A stretch of DNA of 64,000 bases from Myxococcota bacterium (GTDB lineage: Bacteria; Myxococcota_A; UBA9160; SZUA-336), in contig JBHHYV010000005.1 in NCBI GenBank assembly GCA_046757685.1, positions 374 through 64,373 on the forward strand, in the 5' to 3' direction. The notes beneath the pieces are model-generated. The model searched no databases. It was given only the letters and a program-made list of their open reading frames with translations, and had not been told where the DNA came from. A program made the translations under genes and the position numbers. Each line of letters opens with the position of its first letter. Positions within the stretch are counted from its first letter, which is position 1. Of the stretch, positions 52,499 through 61,367 are shown piece after piece.

Positions 52499-52552
52499 CA
52501 CCGCCCCGACCGCCTCTGGATCAAACCACACTCGATCGAAGAGCGCGACTGC

Positions 52553-52579
52553 AGGTAACTCTCGCGCGCTCCACCACGT
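52553..52579 (+). promoter_or_regulatory. second ECF-type promoter motif GGTAAC-N17-CGTA upstream of the DUF3179 gene
   Basis: Plus strand caGGTAACtctcgcgcgctccaccaCGTAtc; ~35 nt upstream of a strong SD (AAGGGAG) and the GTG start at ~52614. Confidence 0.4.
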
Positions 52580-52613
52580 ATCTGCCACACATGGCGGCAA
52601 GGGAGCGGAAGGC

Positions 52614-53588
52614 GTGAGGCGGGTCCCTACCTGGATGGCGCTCGTGCCTCTGCTGGCGCTCCTGTGGCCCGCCGGAGCGAACGCGAGCGCACCGAGGCTG
52701 AACGGCTTTCAGCTCGACCCTTCCGACGTACCGGTCGACGAGATCCTGCGGGGCGGTCCCCCTCGGGACGGAATCCCCGCACTCGACCACCCCGAGACGC
52801 TGCCCGCCGATCAGGCTCCGTGGCATCCCGAGGAGCTCGTCCTGGGGGTCGAGGTGTCGGGCGACGCGCGCGCCTACCCGATCGCGATCCTGAACTGGCA
52901 CGAGCTGGTCAACGACACGGTCGGGGGAGAACCGATCCTGATCTCCTACTGCCCCCTGTGCGGCAGCGGGCTCGTGTTCGACCGCCGCATCGACGGGGTC
53001 GCCCGCAGCTTCGGTGTCTCGGGGCTCCTCTACCAGTCCGACCTGCTGCTCTACGATCGCGAGTCGGACAGCCTCTGGTCCCAGCTCGAGTCGAAGGCCG
53101 TCACGGGCCCGGCCCGCGGATCGCGGCTGCGGGTCCTCCGGTCGGCACTCGTCCCCTGGGGCACCTGGCGCAGCCGCCACCCCGACACCCGGGTACTCTC
53201 TCTCGACACGGGGTACGGGCGCGACTACACGCAGTCACCCTACGGCGGATACGCACGCTCCGATCGCCTCTACTTTCCGGCACACCTGGATCGGCGCTAC
53301 CCGCCGAAGGCGCCCACCCTGGGCTTGCGGCTCGCCGACGGGACGGCGCGTGCGTTCCCGGCTCCAGAGATTCTGCGTGCCGGAGGTGAGATCGAGACGA
53401 AGTTTGCCAATCGACCCATCCGCGTGCGCTACGATGCCGCAGGGGGAACCTTCGATGTCACCGCGCCGCCCGACGTGGAGGTGATCGAGGCCTACTGGTT
53501 CGCCTGGTCGGCGTTCCACCCGAGCGCGAGCGTGTTCGTCGCGGTAGAGCCCGCGGCCGAAACCCATGGAGAGGAGACCTCTAGATGA
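52614..53588 (+). CDS. DUF3179-family secreted protein
   Basis: 324 aa; signal peptide MRRVPTWMALVPLLALLWPAGANA; DUF3179-like conserved blocks (PRDGIPALDHPE...ISYCPLCGSGLVFDRRIDG...LLYDRESDSLWSQ). Stop overlaps the downstream start (ATGA). Confidence 0.7.
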   Translation: MRRVPTWMALVPLLALLWPAGANASAPRLNGFQLDPSDVPVDEILRGGPPRDGIPALDHPETLPADQAPWHPEELVLGVEVSGDARAYPIAILNWHELVNDTVGGEPILISYCPLCGSGLVFDRRIDGVARSFGVSGLLYQSDLLLYDRESDSLWSQLESKAVTGPARGSRLRVLRSALVPWGTWRSRHPDTRVLSLDTGYGRDYTQSPYGGYARSDRLYFPAHLDRRYPPKAPTLGLRLADGTARAFPAPEILRAGGEIETKFANRPIRVRYDAAGGTFDVTAPPDVEVIEAYWFAWSAFHPSASVFVAVEPAAETHGEETSR

Positions 53589-54760
53589 CCCGACCCCGAC
53601 TCGTGCATGCCCTCGCCGCCTCGGCGATGGGCCTGGCCCTTCTCTGGGGCAGCTCGGCCGCGAGCGTGCAGGCTTCGGCGCTGCCGGCCCCCAGCACCTT
53701 GAACCCCTGTGCGGCCAAGACCCTGAATCCCTGCGCCGCCAAGACCCTCAACCCCTGTGCGGCGAAGACCCTGAATCCCTGTGCCGCCAAGACCCTCAAC
53801 GCCGCTGCCGCCCGGACCCTGAACCCCTGTGCGGCCAAGACCCTGAATCCCTGCGCGGCCAAGACCCTCAACCCCTGTGCGGCGAAGACCCTGAATCCCT
53901 GTGCCGCCAAGACCCTCAACGCCGCTGCTGCCCGGACCCTGAACCCCTGCGCGGCCAAGACCCTCAACCCCTGCCTGGCTCGCAAGCTCAATCCCTGTGC
54001 CGCCAAGACGCTGAATCCCTGCGCTGCGAAGCATTCGAGCGGGGACGGGGCCAGCCTGCTCGATCCGCGGACTGCGCGGCACCTGGTGACTCAGCTCGAG
54101 GTGAAGCCCCGCAGCATGATCCGGACCGTTGCCGCACACTCGAATCCCTGCAACCCGTGCGCAATGAAGCGGAACCCGTGCAACCCCTGCGCGATGAAGC
54201 ACAATCCGTGCAACCCCTGTGGCGCCAAGGGAAACCCCTGCAACCCGTGCGGAATGCGCAATCCCTGCAACCCCTGCGGAGGAGCGGCCCGCATCAACCC
54301 GTGCCAGTTCAAGCGTCCGACGGGGCTGTCGCTCGTGCGGGCCAGCCAGAAGGACCTCGTGGCCGAGGGCGAGAAGCTCTGGAACGACCGGTCGCTCGGC
54401 CGCAGCGGGCTGGCCTGCGCGAACTGTCACATCCAGAACTACATGCAGATGAACCCGACCTTCGGAAAGCCCTATCCGCACTACGTCGAGATGGTCCAGC
54501 AGCGCTCGGGTATCGACGAGGTCAGTGCCGACGAGATGGTGCAGTTCTGCATGATGGCCCCGATGGCCTCGAAGCCGCTGGGATGGCACTCGCGCGAGCT
54601 GGCCGCGCTGACCGCCTATGTCGAGCACATCCATCCCGGCTACCACCCCGTCGGAGGTGCCGGCGCCAACCCCTGCAACCCGTGCGGCATGAAGCACAAC
54701 CCGTGCAACCCGTGTGGCATGAAGCACAACCCCTGCAATCCATGCTCGAAGAAGATGTGA
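53585..54760 (+). CDS. secreted mono-heme c-type cytochrome flanked by Cys-rich NPC / CNPC (CxxC) tandem repeats
   Basis: 391 aa. Signal peptide MTRPRLVHALAASAMGLALLWGSSAASVQASA. About 15 x 8-aa repeats LNPCAAKT (with a 40-aa super-repeat duplicated). 5 x 10-aa repeats NPCNPC(A/G)MK(R/H). Cytochrome c core LVAEGEKLWNDRSLGRSGLACANCHIQNYMQMNPTF... (single CxxCH). 3 x C-terminal NPCNPCGMKH repeats. About 33 Cys in total. Confidence 0.75.
   Translation: MTRPRLVHALAASAMGLALLWGSSAASVQASALPAPSTLNPCAAKTLNPCAAKTLNPCAAKTLNPCAAKTLNAAAARTLNPCAAKTLNPCAAKTLNPCAAKTLNPCAAKTLNAAAARTLNPCAAKTLNPCLARKLNPCAAKTLNPCAAKHSSGDGASLLDPRTARHLVTQLEVKPRSMIRTVAAHSNPCNPCAMKRNPCNPCAMKHNPCNPCGAKGNPCNPCGMRNPCNPCGGAARINPCQFKRPTGLSLVRASQKDLVAEGEKLWNDRSLGRSGLACANCHIQNYMQMNPTFGKPYPHYVEMVQQRSGIDEVSADEMVQFCMMAPMASKPLGWHSRELAALTAYVEHIHPGYHPVGGAGANPCNPCGMKHNPCNPCGMKHNPCNPCSKKM
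53694..54040. repeat. ~15 copies of a 24-bp tandem repeat (ACCCTGAAYCCCTGYGCSGCCAAG), including a 120-bp block duplicated with 2 mismatches
   Basis: Seen directly; ~53697-53816 and ~53817-53936 are near-identical. Confidence 0.85.
54143..54306. repeat. 5 copies of a ~30-bp tandem repeat encoding NPCNPCxMKx; 3 further copies at ~54668-54746
   Basis: Seen directly (aatccctgcaacccgtgcgcaatgaagcgg and variants). Confidence 0.8.
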
Positions 54761-54770
54761 GGATCCCGGC

Positions 54771-56021
54771 TCAGCGAAGGAGCTGGCGGATCTCGCGGAG
54801 CAGGTAGCCTGACTTCTCGATCCGCGACCTCGCGCGCTCGATCTCGGCGCGGGCTCGCGGGTCCCGCAGGGACGGCAGCAGCACCCGGTACATCTCGCGG
54901 TAGTAGTGATCGGGGTCGATCCACACGCGGGCGACCAGGGCGCGAGCCCGCGGGTGCCGGGGCCGCTCGTAGTCCAGACTCACCGTCTGCCCGGGCAGGA
55001 CTCGCGTGTCGGAGCGTTCCCGCCCGGTCGACAGGTCTAGATCCCGCCCGATGAGAGCGTAGACCGACGTACCCTCGATCGGGTTTCCCGCCGAATCTTC
55101 CTGCTCGATCTCCAGACGGACCTGCGGAGTGACGTAGGTCGGGAACGCGTGTCCCACGTCGCGATTCCGGACGAGCAGCACGCTGGCATTCGGGCTCCGA
55201 GCCTGGAGCTCGATGTCGAGCGCCTGCCGAACCCAGTCGGCGTCGTGGATCCCTCGCCACAGGTGCGCGCGATCAGGCATGTGGCAGGTCTGGCAGGTGC
55301 GTCCCTCGCGTGCCTGGGGGCTGTCGCGCCACTCTGCCCAGGTGTTCTCGACCGGCTTGCCGGAGATTCCGGCATCATCGAAGAACTGGTGGCACTCGGC
55401 ACAGAAACGGCTCTCCCCGAACTCCGGGTGGGCCACGAAGCCGGCGTGCGGAGCCGGGTCGGCCGGCGGACCGGCTCCAGCGCGACGGACGGGGCCATGG
55501 CGTCGGTGCGCACGCACGTGGCAGCCGGCGCACACCAGACCTTGCGCGCGCAGCGCGGGGTCGAAGTCCGGGTTCGCGTCGAGCGTGGCGGTGTAGGGGA
55601 TCTGCTCTGCGAGCGGTGTGTGGCAGGTGTGGCAGCTCCGAGCCTGGGCGGGGTGGGAGAGCGATCCCTCGATCAGCTGGCCTTCGAGCCCGGGCGTCCA
55701 GCTGTGGGCGTGAACCGATGTCTGCCACTGTGCGAGCTGCAGCGGATGGCACGCGCCACATGTCGCCGGCTCGAGCGACGCCTCCGGAGCGCTGAACGAG
55801 CGTGGGGGGGGGCCCTGGGGAGGTACAGGCAGCGACCAGTAGCGCGCCAGGAAGGGTCCGAGTGTGCTCTCGCGGTCGAGACCCACCCCGGCCCCCGGGG
55901 CGAGCGTGCTCTGCATCGGGGACATCGCGCCCGTATCCAGGTCCGGTGGCAACGACGGCGGCTCCGGCGAGCGGCCACACCCGAGGGCGAGGAGCGCGAG
56001 CCCCGACCCCCATAGGTGCAT
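54771..56021 (-). CDS. multiheme (5 x CxxCH) c-type cytochrome, probable lipoprotein
   Basis: Track ORF 54771..56207; likely start MHLWGSGLALLALGCG (lipobox-like). Heme motifs CGACH, CHTCH, CAGCH, CAECH, CQTCH. Convergent with the repeat cytochrome with a ~10-nt gap. Confidence 0.8.
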   Translation of the reverse strand: MHLWGSGLALLALGCGRSPEPPSLPPDLDTGAMSPMQSTLAPGAGVGLDRESTLGPFLARYWSLPVPPQGPPPRSFSAPEASLEPATCGACHPLQLAQWQTSVHAHSWTPGLEGQLIEGSLSHPAQARSCHTCHTPLAEQIPYTATLDANPDFDPALRAQGLVCAGCHVRAHRRHGPVRRAGAGPPADPAPHAGFVAHPEFGESRFCAECHQFFDDAGISGKPVENTWAEWRDSPQAREGRTCQTCHMPDRAHLWRGIHDADWVRQALDIELQARSPNASVLLVRNRDVGHAFPTYVTPQVRLEIEQEDSAGNPIEGTSVYALIGRDLDLSTGRERSDTRVLPGQTVSLDYERPRHPRARALVARVWIDPDHYYREMYRVLLPSLRDPRARAEIERARSRIEKSGYLLREIRQLLR

Positions 56022-56133
56022 GTGCGACGATCTCGGGGCACGCATCTCGAGCAGAGGGTAGCCATCCTGGAAGCACGACGTCGCGGATCCGCTCGCGTGC
56101 ACCCGCGAACGCAAGGAGCGTAGGATTCGAGCA

Positions 56134-56766
56134 ATGGGAATCTCTTCGCGCATCCATGGCATCGGGCTCTCGCTGGCGTGGGCCGTCTTGCTCCTCGTAG
56201 GCATCACCTGCGCCGGAACTCTCTCGGGGGGCGCGGATCCTCAACACTACCGGCTCTCCGGGAGCTCCGACTGGCAGGTCGTGGGCTCCGACCGGGTTCT
56301 CGACGACCTCAGCGAGCGCTACCCGGAGTTCTTCGCCCTGGTCCTCGATCCGGATCGCCGCGAGGACATCGACCTGCGCGCGATTCGCGACGATCTGGAG
56401 CACCAGCCCGCGGACCGGCGCAACTACGACGCACTGAACGCCACGGCCATCGCCTACTTCGTGATGAACGAGCGCGCGGAGGAGGAGCGAGGCGGCGAGC
56501 TCTACTTCGTCCACTCCTTCCGGGCCGCCAAGCTGGTCGCCGTCCCCTGGCAGGCGTACGGACGTGTCGCGGACCCGGAGCTGCGCGACTCGATCCTGGA
56601 CTTCTTCGAAGACATCGCCAGCGGCAGCAAGCACTACTCGGCTCGCACCGCGAGCCGGCTGCACCGCGTCGTCTCCTCGCTGGCCCGCAAGGAAGACGAT
56701 GCGGCGAGGCTGGAGAGGATTCGCGCGCTCAGCGAGCGCCTGGCTCCTCCGGAGCCGGGCCGCTGA
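56134..56766 (+). CDS. hypothetical secreted protein or lipoprotein
   Basis: 210 aa; N-terminal signal ([28 protein letters not shown]), acidic soluble domain, no recognisable family. A weaker ECF-like motif GGTAGCC-N15-CGTC lies ~70 nt upstream. Confidence 0.5.
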   Translation: MGISSRIHGIGLSLAWAVLLLVGITCAGTLSGGADPQHYRLSGSSDWQVVGSDRVLDDLSERYPEFFALVLDPDRREDIDLRAIRDDLEHQPADRRNYDALNATAIAYFVMNERAEEERGGELYFVHSFRAAKLVAVPWQAYGRVADPELRDSILDFFEDIASGSKHYSARTASRLHRVVSSLARKEDDAARLERIRALSERLAPPEPGR

Positions 56767-59077
56767 GCGCTCCCTCGAGACCGGCATCGATGCGCACCCG
56801 TGCGGGGGGGAGGCAGCTTCGCTCGTTGCACGCCTGGTAGCGTACGTAGAGCGGACCCGGAGCCTGCACGGGGGCGTCGAGGGTCACCTGGCCCGAGTAG
56901 ACCCGAAGGGTCACGTCGGCGAACTCGGGCCGGAAGTCATGGCCCGGGGGGTAGCGGACTCCCGCGATCGCATCGGCCGCGGCGTTCTCGATCTGGGTGG
57001 GGATCAGGTAGGGGAGCGAGGCGGGGTTGGCGTTCACGTGCCAGCCCGCGGTGATGTGCAGTCGCACCCGCCGGCGCTCTGCGGAGGGCGGCGTCGATGC
57101 TCCGCTCGGCCCGGAGAGAACCTCGATGCGCACGCGATCCTCGCTGCGGGGAAGCCGTGTGGGGGCCGAAGGCGCCTGCGAGCCGCGCGCGACTCTCTGG
57201 GGTCGCTCCTGAAGGGCCAGCACCAGGCTTGCGAGAGCCGAAGGGGCGCGCGAGATCGGCTCGGAGAGGGCGGACGCCGCGCGGGTCCGCGCCTCGGCGT
57301 AGCGGGGATCGTCGGTCCGTGCGGCCAGCTCGGCGAGCACCCGGAGCGCAACCCCGCTCCCGGAAGGAAGCGCCCCGTCCTCGAGGGGCTGCGGGCGGAA
57401 GAGCAGACCATCGTTGCGCCGCGTGAGGTAGAAGCCGCCGAGCTCCGGATCCTGGAAGAGGCTCAGCATCTCGTCGGCCAGGCTCCGGGCCTGCTCGAGC
57501 CAGCGGGCGTCACCCGTGGCGGAGTGCAGCGCGAGAAGACCGTCCGCGAGATCGGCATAGTCGTCCAGCACTGCGCGCTCGCGTACCTGGCCGGCGATGT
57601 AGTCGCGGGCGAGTCCTCCCTCGGGCCGCCGGAGCCGCTGCAGCACGAAGCTCGCAGCGTCGGCTGCCAGCCGGACCCACTCGGGATGGTCCAGGCGCAG
57701 ACCCGCATCGACGAGTCCGCGGATGGCCAGCCCATTCCAGCCGGCGACCACCTTGTCGTCGCGCCGCACCTGCGGTCGCGCGCGCCGGCGCTGTAGCAGG
57801 CTCGCGCGCGCGGGGGCCTGTGACTCGATCCCTTCGAAGGAGGCCGTGGGGAGCCGGACCCGCAACACCCCCCGGCCCAGGTCGTCGCCCCCTCGGGTCG
57901 GCATCGGAGTCAGGGCGTAGACCGCGAGAAAGCGCTCGGCGCGCTCGGCCCCGAGAACCTGGCGGATCTCGGCCTCGGTCCACAGGTAGGACGCCCCCTC
58001 GACGTGACCGACCTCGGCGTCGAGCGCCGAGTAGAAGCCTCCCTCCGGATCGCGCATCTCGCCCTGCAGCCAGCGCACGATGTCCTCGCAGACTGCGCGA
58101 TAGAGGGGGCGCCGCGTTCGCTCCCAGGCCCGCGCATAGACGGAGAGGAGCTGGGCGTTGTCGTAGAGCATCTTCTCGAAGTGTGGAACGGACCAGCTGG
58201 GCTCGGTGGAGTAGCGGTGGAAACCGCCACCGAGCGCGTCGTGAATCCCGCCGAACGCCATCTCGTCGAGGGTGTGGGTGAGGCGCTCGAGATCCCCGGT
58301 CTCGCCGCCCAGGAGCAGCATCAGCTGGCTGGGACGGGGAAACTTGACGCGACGCGAGAAGCCACCGTGCAGCGGCTCGTACTGGTCGGCCAGCTCCCGA
58401 CGGGCGCGCGCGAGCAGCGCGGCGGGGTCGAGTGCGACCGAGGATGTGCCCGCGCGGCTCGCCGGTCCGCCGCGGCCCAGGACGCCCGCGATCCGCGCGG
58501 CGACCCGACGAACGCGGTCGGGATCGTCGCGCCAGACCCGCGCCACCTGCTCCAGGACCCTCGGAAAGCCGGGTCGGCCGGGCCGGTCTGTCGGCGGAAA
58601 GTAGGTCCCGGCGAAGAAGGGCTCTCCCTCGGGCGTCAGGAAGAGGTTGTTGGGCCAGCCGCCCTGGCCGGTCAGCGCCTGGGTCGCCGCCATGTACACC
58701 CGGTCGAGGTCGGGCCGTTCCTCGCGGTCCACCTTGATGCTGACGAAGGAGCGATTCATCTGCGCAGCGATCTCGGGATTCGAGAAGACCTCGCGCTCCA
58801 TCACGTGGCACCAGTAGCAGGTGCTGTAGCCGATCGAGACGAAGATCGGCCGGTTCTCGCGCCTGGCCCGCTGGAGCGCCTCCTCGCCCCAGGGGTACCA
58901 GTCGACGGGGTTGTCGGCGTGGAGCTGGAGGTAGGGGCTCGCCTCCCGAGCCAGGCGGTTGCGCGCCGCGGCGCCGGGGCTCCAGCCGGCCAGCACCGCG
59001 ATTGCGGCCAGGAGCGCCCCCGCGACAGGGCGACGCGACCCCCTCGCCGCCTCGGTCGAATCAGGAATGATTCTCAA
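56729..59077 (-). CDS. periplasmic thioredoxin-fold DUF255 (YyaL-like) protein with (alpha/alpha)6 domain and C-terminal DsbD-N-like domain
   Basis: Track ORF 56729..59632; probable TTG start ([38 protein letters not shown] signal peptide) preceded by GGAG. DUF255 block [59 protein letters not shown]; C-terminal ...[14 protein letters not shown] Cys pair. Confidence 0.7.
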   Translation of the reverse strand: MRIIPDSTEAARGSRRPVAGALLAAIAVLAGWSPGAAARNRLAREASPYLQLHADNPVDWYPWGEEALQRARRENRPIFVSIGYSTCYWCHVMEREVFSNPEIAAQMNRSFVSIKVDREERPDLDRVYMAATQALTGQGGWPNNLFLTPEGEPFFAGTYFPPTDRPGRPGFPRVLEQVARVWRDDPDRVRRVAARIAGVLGRGGPASRAGTSSVALDPAALLARARRELADQYEPLHGGFSRRVKFPRPSQLMLLLGGETGDLERLTHTLDEMAFGGIHDALGGGFHRYSTEPSWSVPHFEKMLYDNAQLLSVYARAWERTRRPLYRAVCEDIVRWLQGEMRDPEGGFYSALDAEVGHVEGASYLWTEAEIRQVLGAERAERFLAVYALTPMPTRGGDDLGRGVLRVRLPTASFEGIESQAPARASLLQRRRARPQVRRDDKVVAGWNGLAIRGLVDAGLRLDHPEWVRLAADAASFVLQRLRRPEGGLARDYIAGQVRERAVLDDYADLADGLLALHSATGDARWLEQARSLADEMLSLFQDPELGGFYLTRRNDGLLFRPQPLEDGALPSGSGVALRVLAELAARTDDPRYAEARTRAASALSEPISRAPSALASLVLALQERPQRVARGSQAPSAPTRLPRSEDRVRIEVLSGPSGASTPPSAERRRVRLHITAGWHVNANPASLPYLIPTQIENAAADAIAGVRYPPGHDFRPEFADVTLRVYSGQVTLDAPVQAPGPLYVRYQACNERSCLPPARVRIDAGLEGALSGPAPEEPGAR
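59058..59073. promoter_or_regulatory. AT-rich inverted repeat GAATCA-N4-TGATTC (Fur/PerR-box-like) at the divergent junction of the thioredoxin-like gene and the fur-family gene
   Basis: tcGAATCAggaaTGATTCtcaaatctcc; an AT-rich island in GC-rich DNA, overlapping the first codons of the thioredoxin-like gene and ~25 nt upstream of the fur-family GTG. Confidence 0.3.
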
Positions 59078-59098
59078 ATCTCCGCTAGCATAGCGCCC

Positions 59099-59569
59099 GT
59101 GGCCTCCGCGCTCCCCCAGCGTCGACACCGGACTCGCCAGCGCGAGCAGATCCTCGCGACCCTGCGCGCGACCGCGCGGCATCCGAGTGCTCGGGAGCTT
59201 CACCGCGAGCTGCAGCGCGACTGCCCACGGCTGGCGCTCGGGACCGTCTACCGAAACCTCGAGATCCTGGTGGCCGAGGGCCAGGTCCGCGAGGTCCCGA
59301 CCGCAGGTCGGGCCTCGCGCTACGACGGCAACCCGCTCCCGCACCATCACTTCATCTGCGAGTCGTGCGGCGAGATCCACGACCTGGACGTCCGGGTGCC
59401 CTCGGGTCTCATGGCTCGCGTCCAGGCGCGCTACGGGCTGCGCACGCGCCGCCTGCGCATCGACTTCTTCGGCCTGTGCCCCTCCTGTGGCGGCGCAGGG
59501 CCGAGGCGGACCCGTCGAACCAGCAACCACGCGGGAGTGACCCGCACAGAGGAGAGGAGCCATGGCTGA
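59099..59569 (+). CDS. Fur-family transcriptional regulator (PerR-like)
   Basis: C-terminal ~157 aa of track ORF 58004..59569 from GTG: [53 protein letters not shown]...[15 protein letters not shown]...[14 protein letters not shown] (Fur DNA-binding helix and two CxxC pairs). Confidence 0.8.
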   Translation: MASALPQRRHRTRQREQILATLRATARHPSARELHRELQRDCPRLALGTVYRNLEILVAEGQVREVPTAGRASRYDGNPLPHHHFICESCGEIHDLDVRVPSGLMARVQARYGLRTRRLRIDFFGLCPSCGGAGPRRTRRTSNHAGVTRTEERSHG

Positions 59570-59984
59570 TCTCAAGGGCACGAAGACCCACCAGAACCTG
59601 AAGGATGCCTTCGCAGGCGAGTCGCAGGCCAACCGCAGGTATCTCTACTTTGCGAAGGCCGCCGACATCGAGGGATACCCCGAGGTCGCGGGTCTCTTCA
59701 AGAACACCGCCGACGCCGAGACGGGTCACGCGCACGGGCACCTCGACTACCTGAAGCAGGTCGGCGACCCGGCCACCGACAAGCCGATCGGCGATACCTC
59801 GCTGAACCTGGTGGCCGCCGTGGCGGGCGAGACCTATGAGTACACGGAGATGTACCCGGGAATGGCCCGCGCGGCGCGGGACGAGGGCTTCAGCGATGTA
59901 GCGGAGTGGTTCGAAATGCTCGCCAAAGCCGAGAAGTCCCACGCCGGCCGCTTCCAGAAGGCGCTCGACACGCTCGACGACTGA
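59562..59984 (+). CDS. rubrerythrin-family ferritin-like diiron protein (no rubredoxin domain)
   Basis: 140 aa; ExxH diiron motifs ([14 protein letters not shown]; ETGHAHGH; [12 protein letters not shown]; AEKSHAGRF). Start overlaps the fur-family gene end. Confidence 0.85.
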   Translation: MADLKGTKTHQNLKDAFAGESQANRRYLYFAKAADIEGYPEVAGLFKNTADAETGHAHGHLDYLKQVGDPATDKPIGDTSLNLVAAVAGETYEYTEMYPGMARAARDEGFSDVAEWFEMLAKAEKSHAGRFQKALDTLDD

Positions 59985-60077
59985 GCCGCTCCGGCGCGGC
60001 GGGGGCCGGTGATGCACGCGCCCTCGCCGCCCGGAGGCGAGCGTCCCTCCTTCAGCCCTTCTCCCAGAGCGAGGCCC

Positions 60078-61367
60078 ATGACCGACCTGCCGCCGTCGCC
60101 CGCCTCCGAGGTCTCGATCCCACGCGCGACCGACCCCGGCTACCGCGACCCCCGCGCCCTCGAGGTCGAGCTCCGGCGGGTCTTTGCAAAGTGCCAGGAC
60201 TGCCGGCGCTGTCTTCCGCTCTGCCCCTCGTTCCCCACCCTCTTCCAGGCCCTCGATCGCCACGACGGAGATGCCGATCGGCTCGAGGCGGACGAGATGT
60301 GCTCCGTCATCGATCTCTGCTACCAGTGCAAGCTCTGCTACAACCACTGCCCCTACCATCCGCCTCACTCCTGGATGCTCGACTTTCCCAGACTGATGAC
60401 ACGCGCGAAGGTCGTCCGCGCGAGCGAGGAGGGGATTCCCTGGGCCGACCGGCTCGGAGCGCGCCAGGACCTGATGGGGCTCGTGTCGTGCCAGACGGCG
60501 GCGCTCACGAATACGGCGTTCCGGAGCCGCGCCCTCCGGCTGCTGATGGAGAAGGCCACTGGGATCGATCGACGCTGGCCGATGCCCCGCTACGAGCGCA
60601 GACCGATCTCGCGCTGGCTCGCCCAGCGTTCCCGCCCCGCCCATGCGCGTGAGGTGCTGCTCTTCACGACCTGCTTCGTGGAGTACTCCGAGGCCAGGAC
60701 CGCGCGCGCGCTGGTGCAGGTGCTCGAGCACAACGGAATCGGGGTGCGCGACGGCTACGAGGCCTGCTGCGGAGCACCCTTTCTGCACGCAGGCGACCTG
60801 GAGAGCGCGACGCGGAACGCGGAACGCGTCGTCGCCGCCCTCGCGCCCCAGGTCCGCGACGGGATCCCGATCGTCGTCCCGGGACCGACCTGCTCCTATC
60901 AGCTCAAGCGCGAGTACCCCGATCTGCTCGACAGCGAGGACGCGAGACGCGTCGCGGAGAGCGCCCTCGACATCGGAGAGTTCCTGTGGGCCCTGAAGGG
61001 GGAGGACGCCCTCTCCCGCGAGTTCCCCAGGCCCCTGGGCACGGTTGCCTACCACCTCCCCTGCCACCTGAAGTCGCAGAACATCGGCTTTCGGTCGCGC
61101 CAGCTGCTGCGACTCGCGGGTGCCGAGGTCCAGATGCTCGATCACTGCTCGGGGGTCGACGGGACCTGGGGCATGAAGGCTCGATTCTATGACCGGAGCC
61201 AGCGCGTCGCCGACCGGCTCGTCGACGCGATCCAGGCGATGCGCGCCGACACTGTCGCCACCGACTGCCCGCTGGCCGCGTTGCGAATCCAGGAACGGAC
61301 CGGCCGCGACGCCGTTCACCCCGTCGTTCTGCTACGCGACGCCTACGGGCTTCCGGAGCTCGGATGA
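60078..61367 (+). CDS. Fe-S oxidoreductase, GlpC/GlcF/HdrD-like (2 x [4Fe-4S] ferredoxin motifs + CCG domains)
   Basis: Track ORF 60009..61367; [12 protein letters not shown] and [12 protein letters not shown] cluster motifs, then cysteine-rich CCG-type regions (TTCFVEYS...ACCGAPF; PGPTCSYQ...LPCHLK...[11 protein letters not shown]). Confidence 0.75.
   Translation: MTDLPPSPASEVSIPRATDPGYRDPRALEVELRRVFAKCQDCRRCLPLCPSFPTLFQALDRHDGDADRLEADEMCSVIDLCYQCKLCYNHCPYHPPHSWMLDFPRLMTRAKVVRASEEGIPWADRLGARQDLMGLVSCQTAALTNTAFRSRALRLLMEKATGIDRRWPMPRYERRPISRWLAQRSRPAHAREVLLFTTCFVEYSEARTARALVQVLEHNGIGVRDGYEACCGAPFLHAGDLESATRNAERVVAALAPQVRDGIPIVVPGPTCSYQLKREYPDLLDSEDARRVAESALDIGEFLWALKGEDALSREFPRPLGTVAYHLPCHLKSQNIGFRSRQLLRLAGAEVQMLDHCSGVDGTWGMKARFYDRSQRVADRLVDAIQAMRADTVATDCPLAALRIQERTGRDAVHPVVLLRDAYGLPELG

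Noticed and set aside
53585-54760. Interpreting the NPC repeats as heme-regulatory (Cys-Pro) motifs or as a bufferin/MNIO RiPP precursor
   Set aside because: The motif is Asn-Pro-Cys, not Cys-Pro. No DUF692 (MbnB-like) or DUF2063 maturase genes occur anywhere in the window, and the protein carries a genuine cytochrome c core, so it is more likely a folded periplasmic protein than a RiPP precursor.
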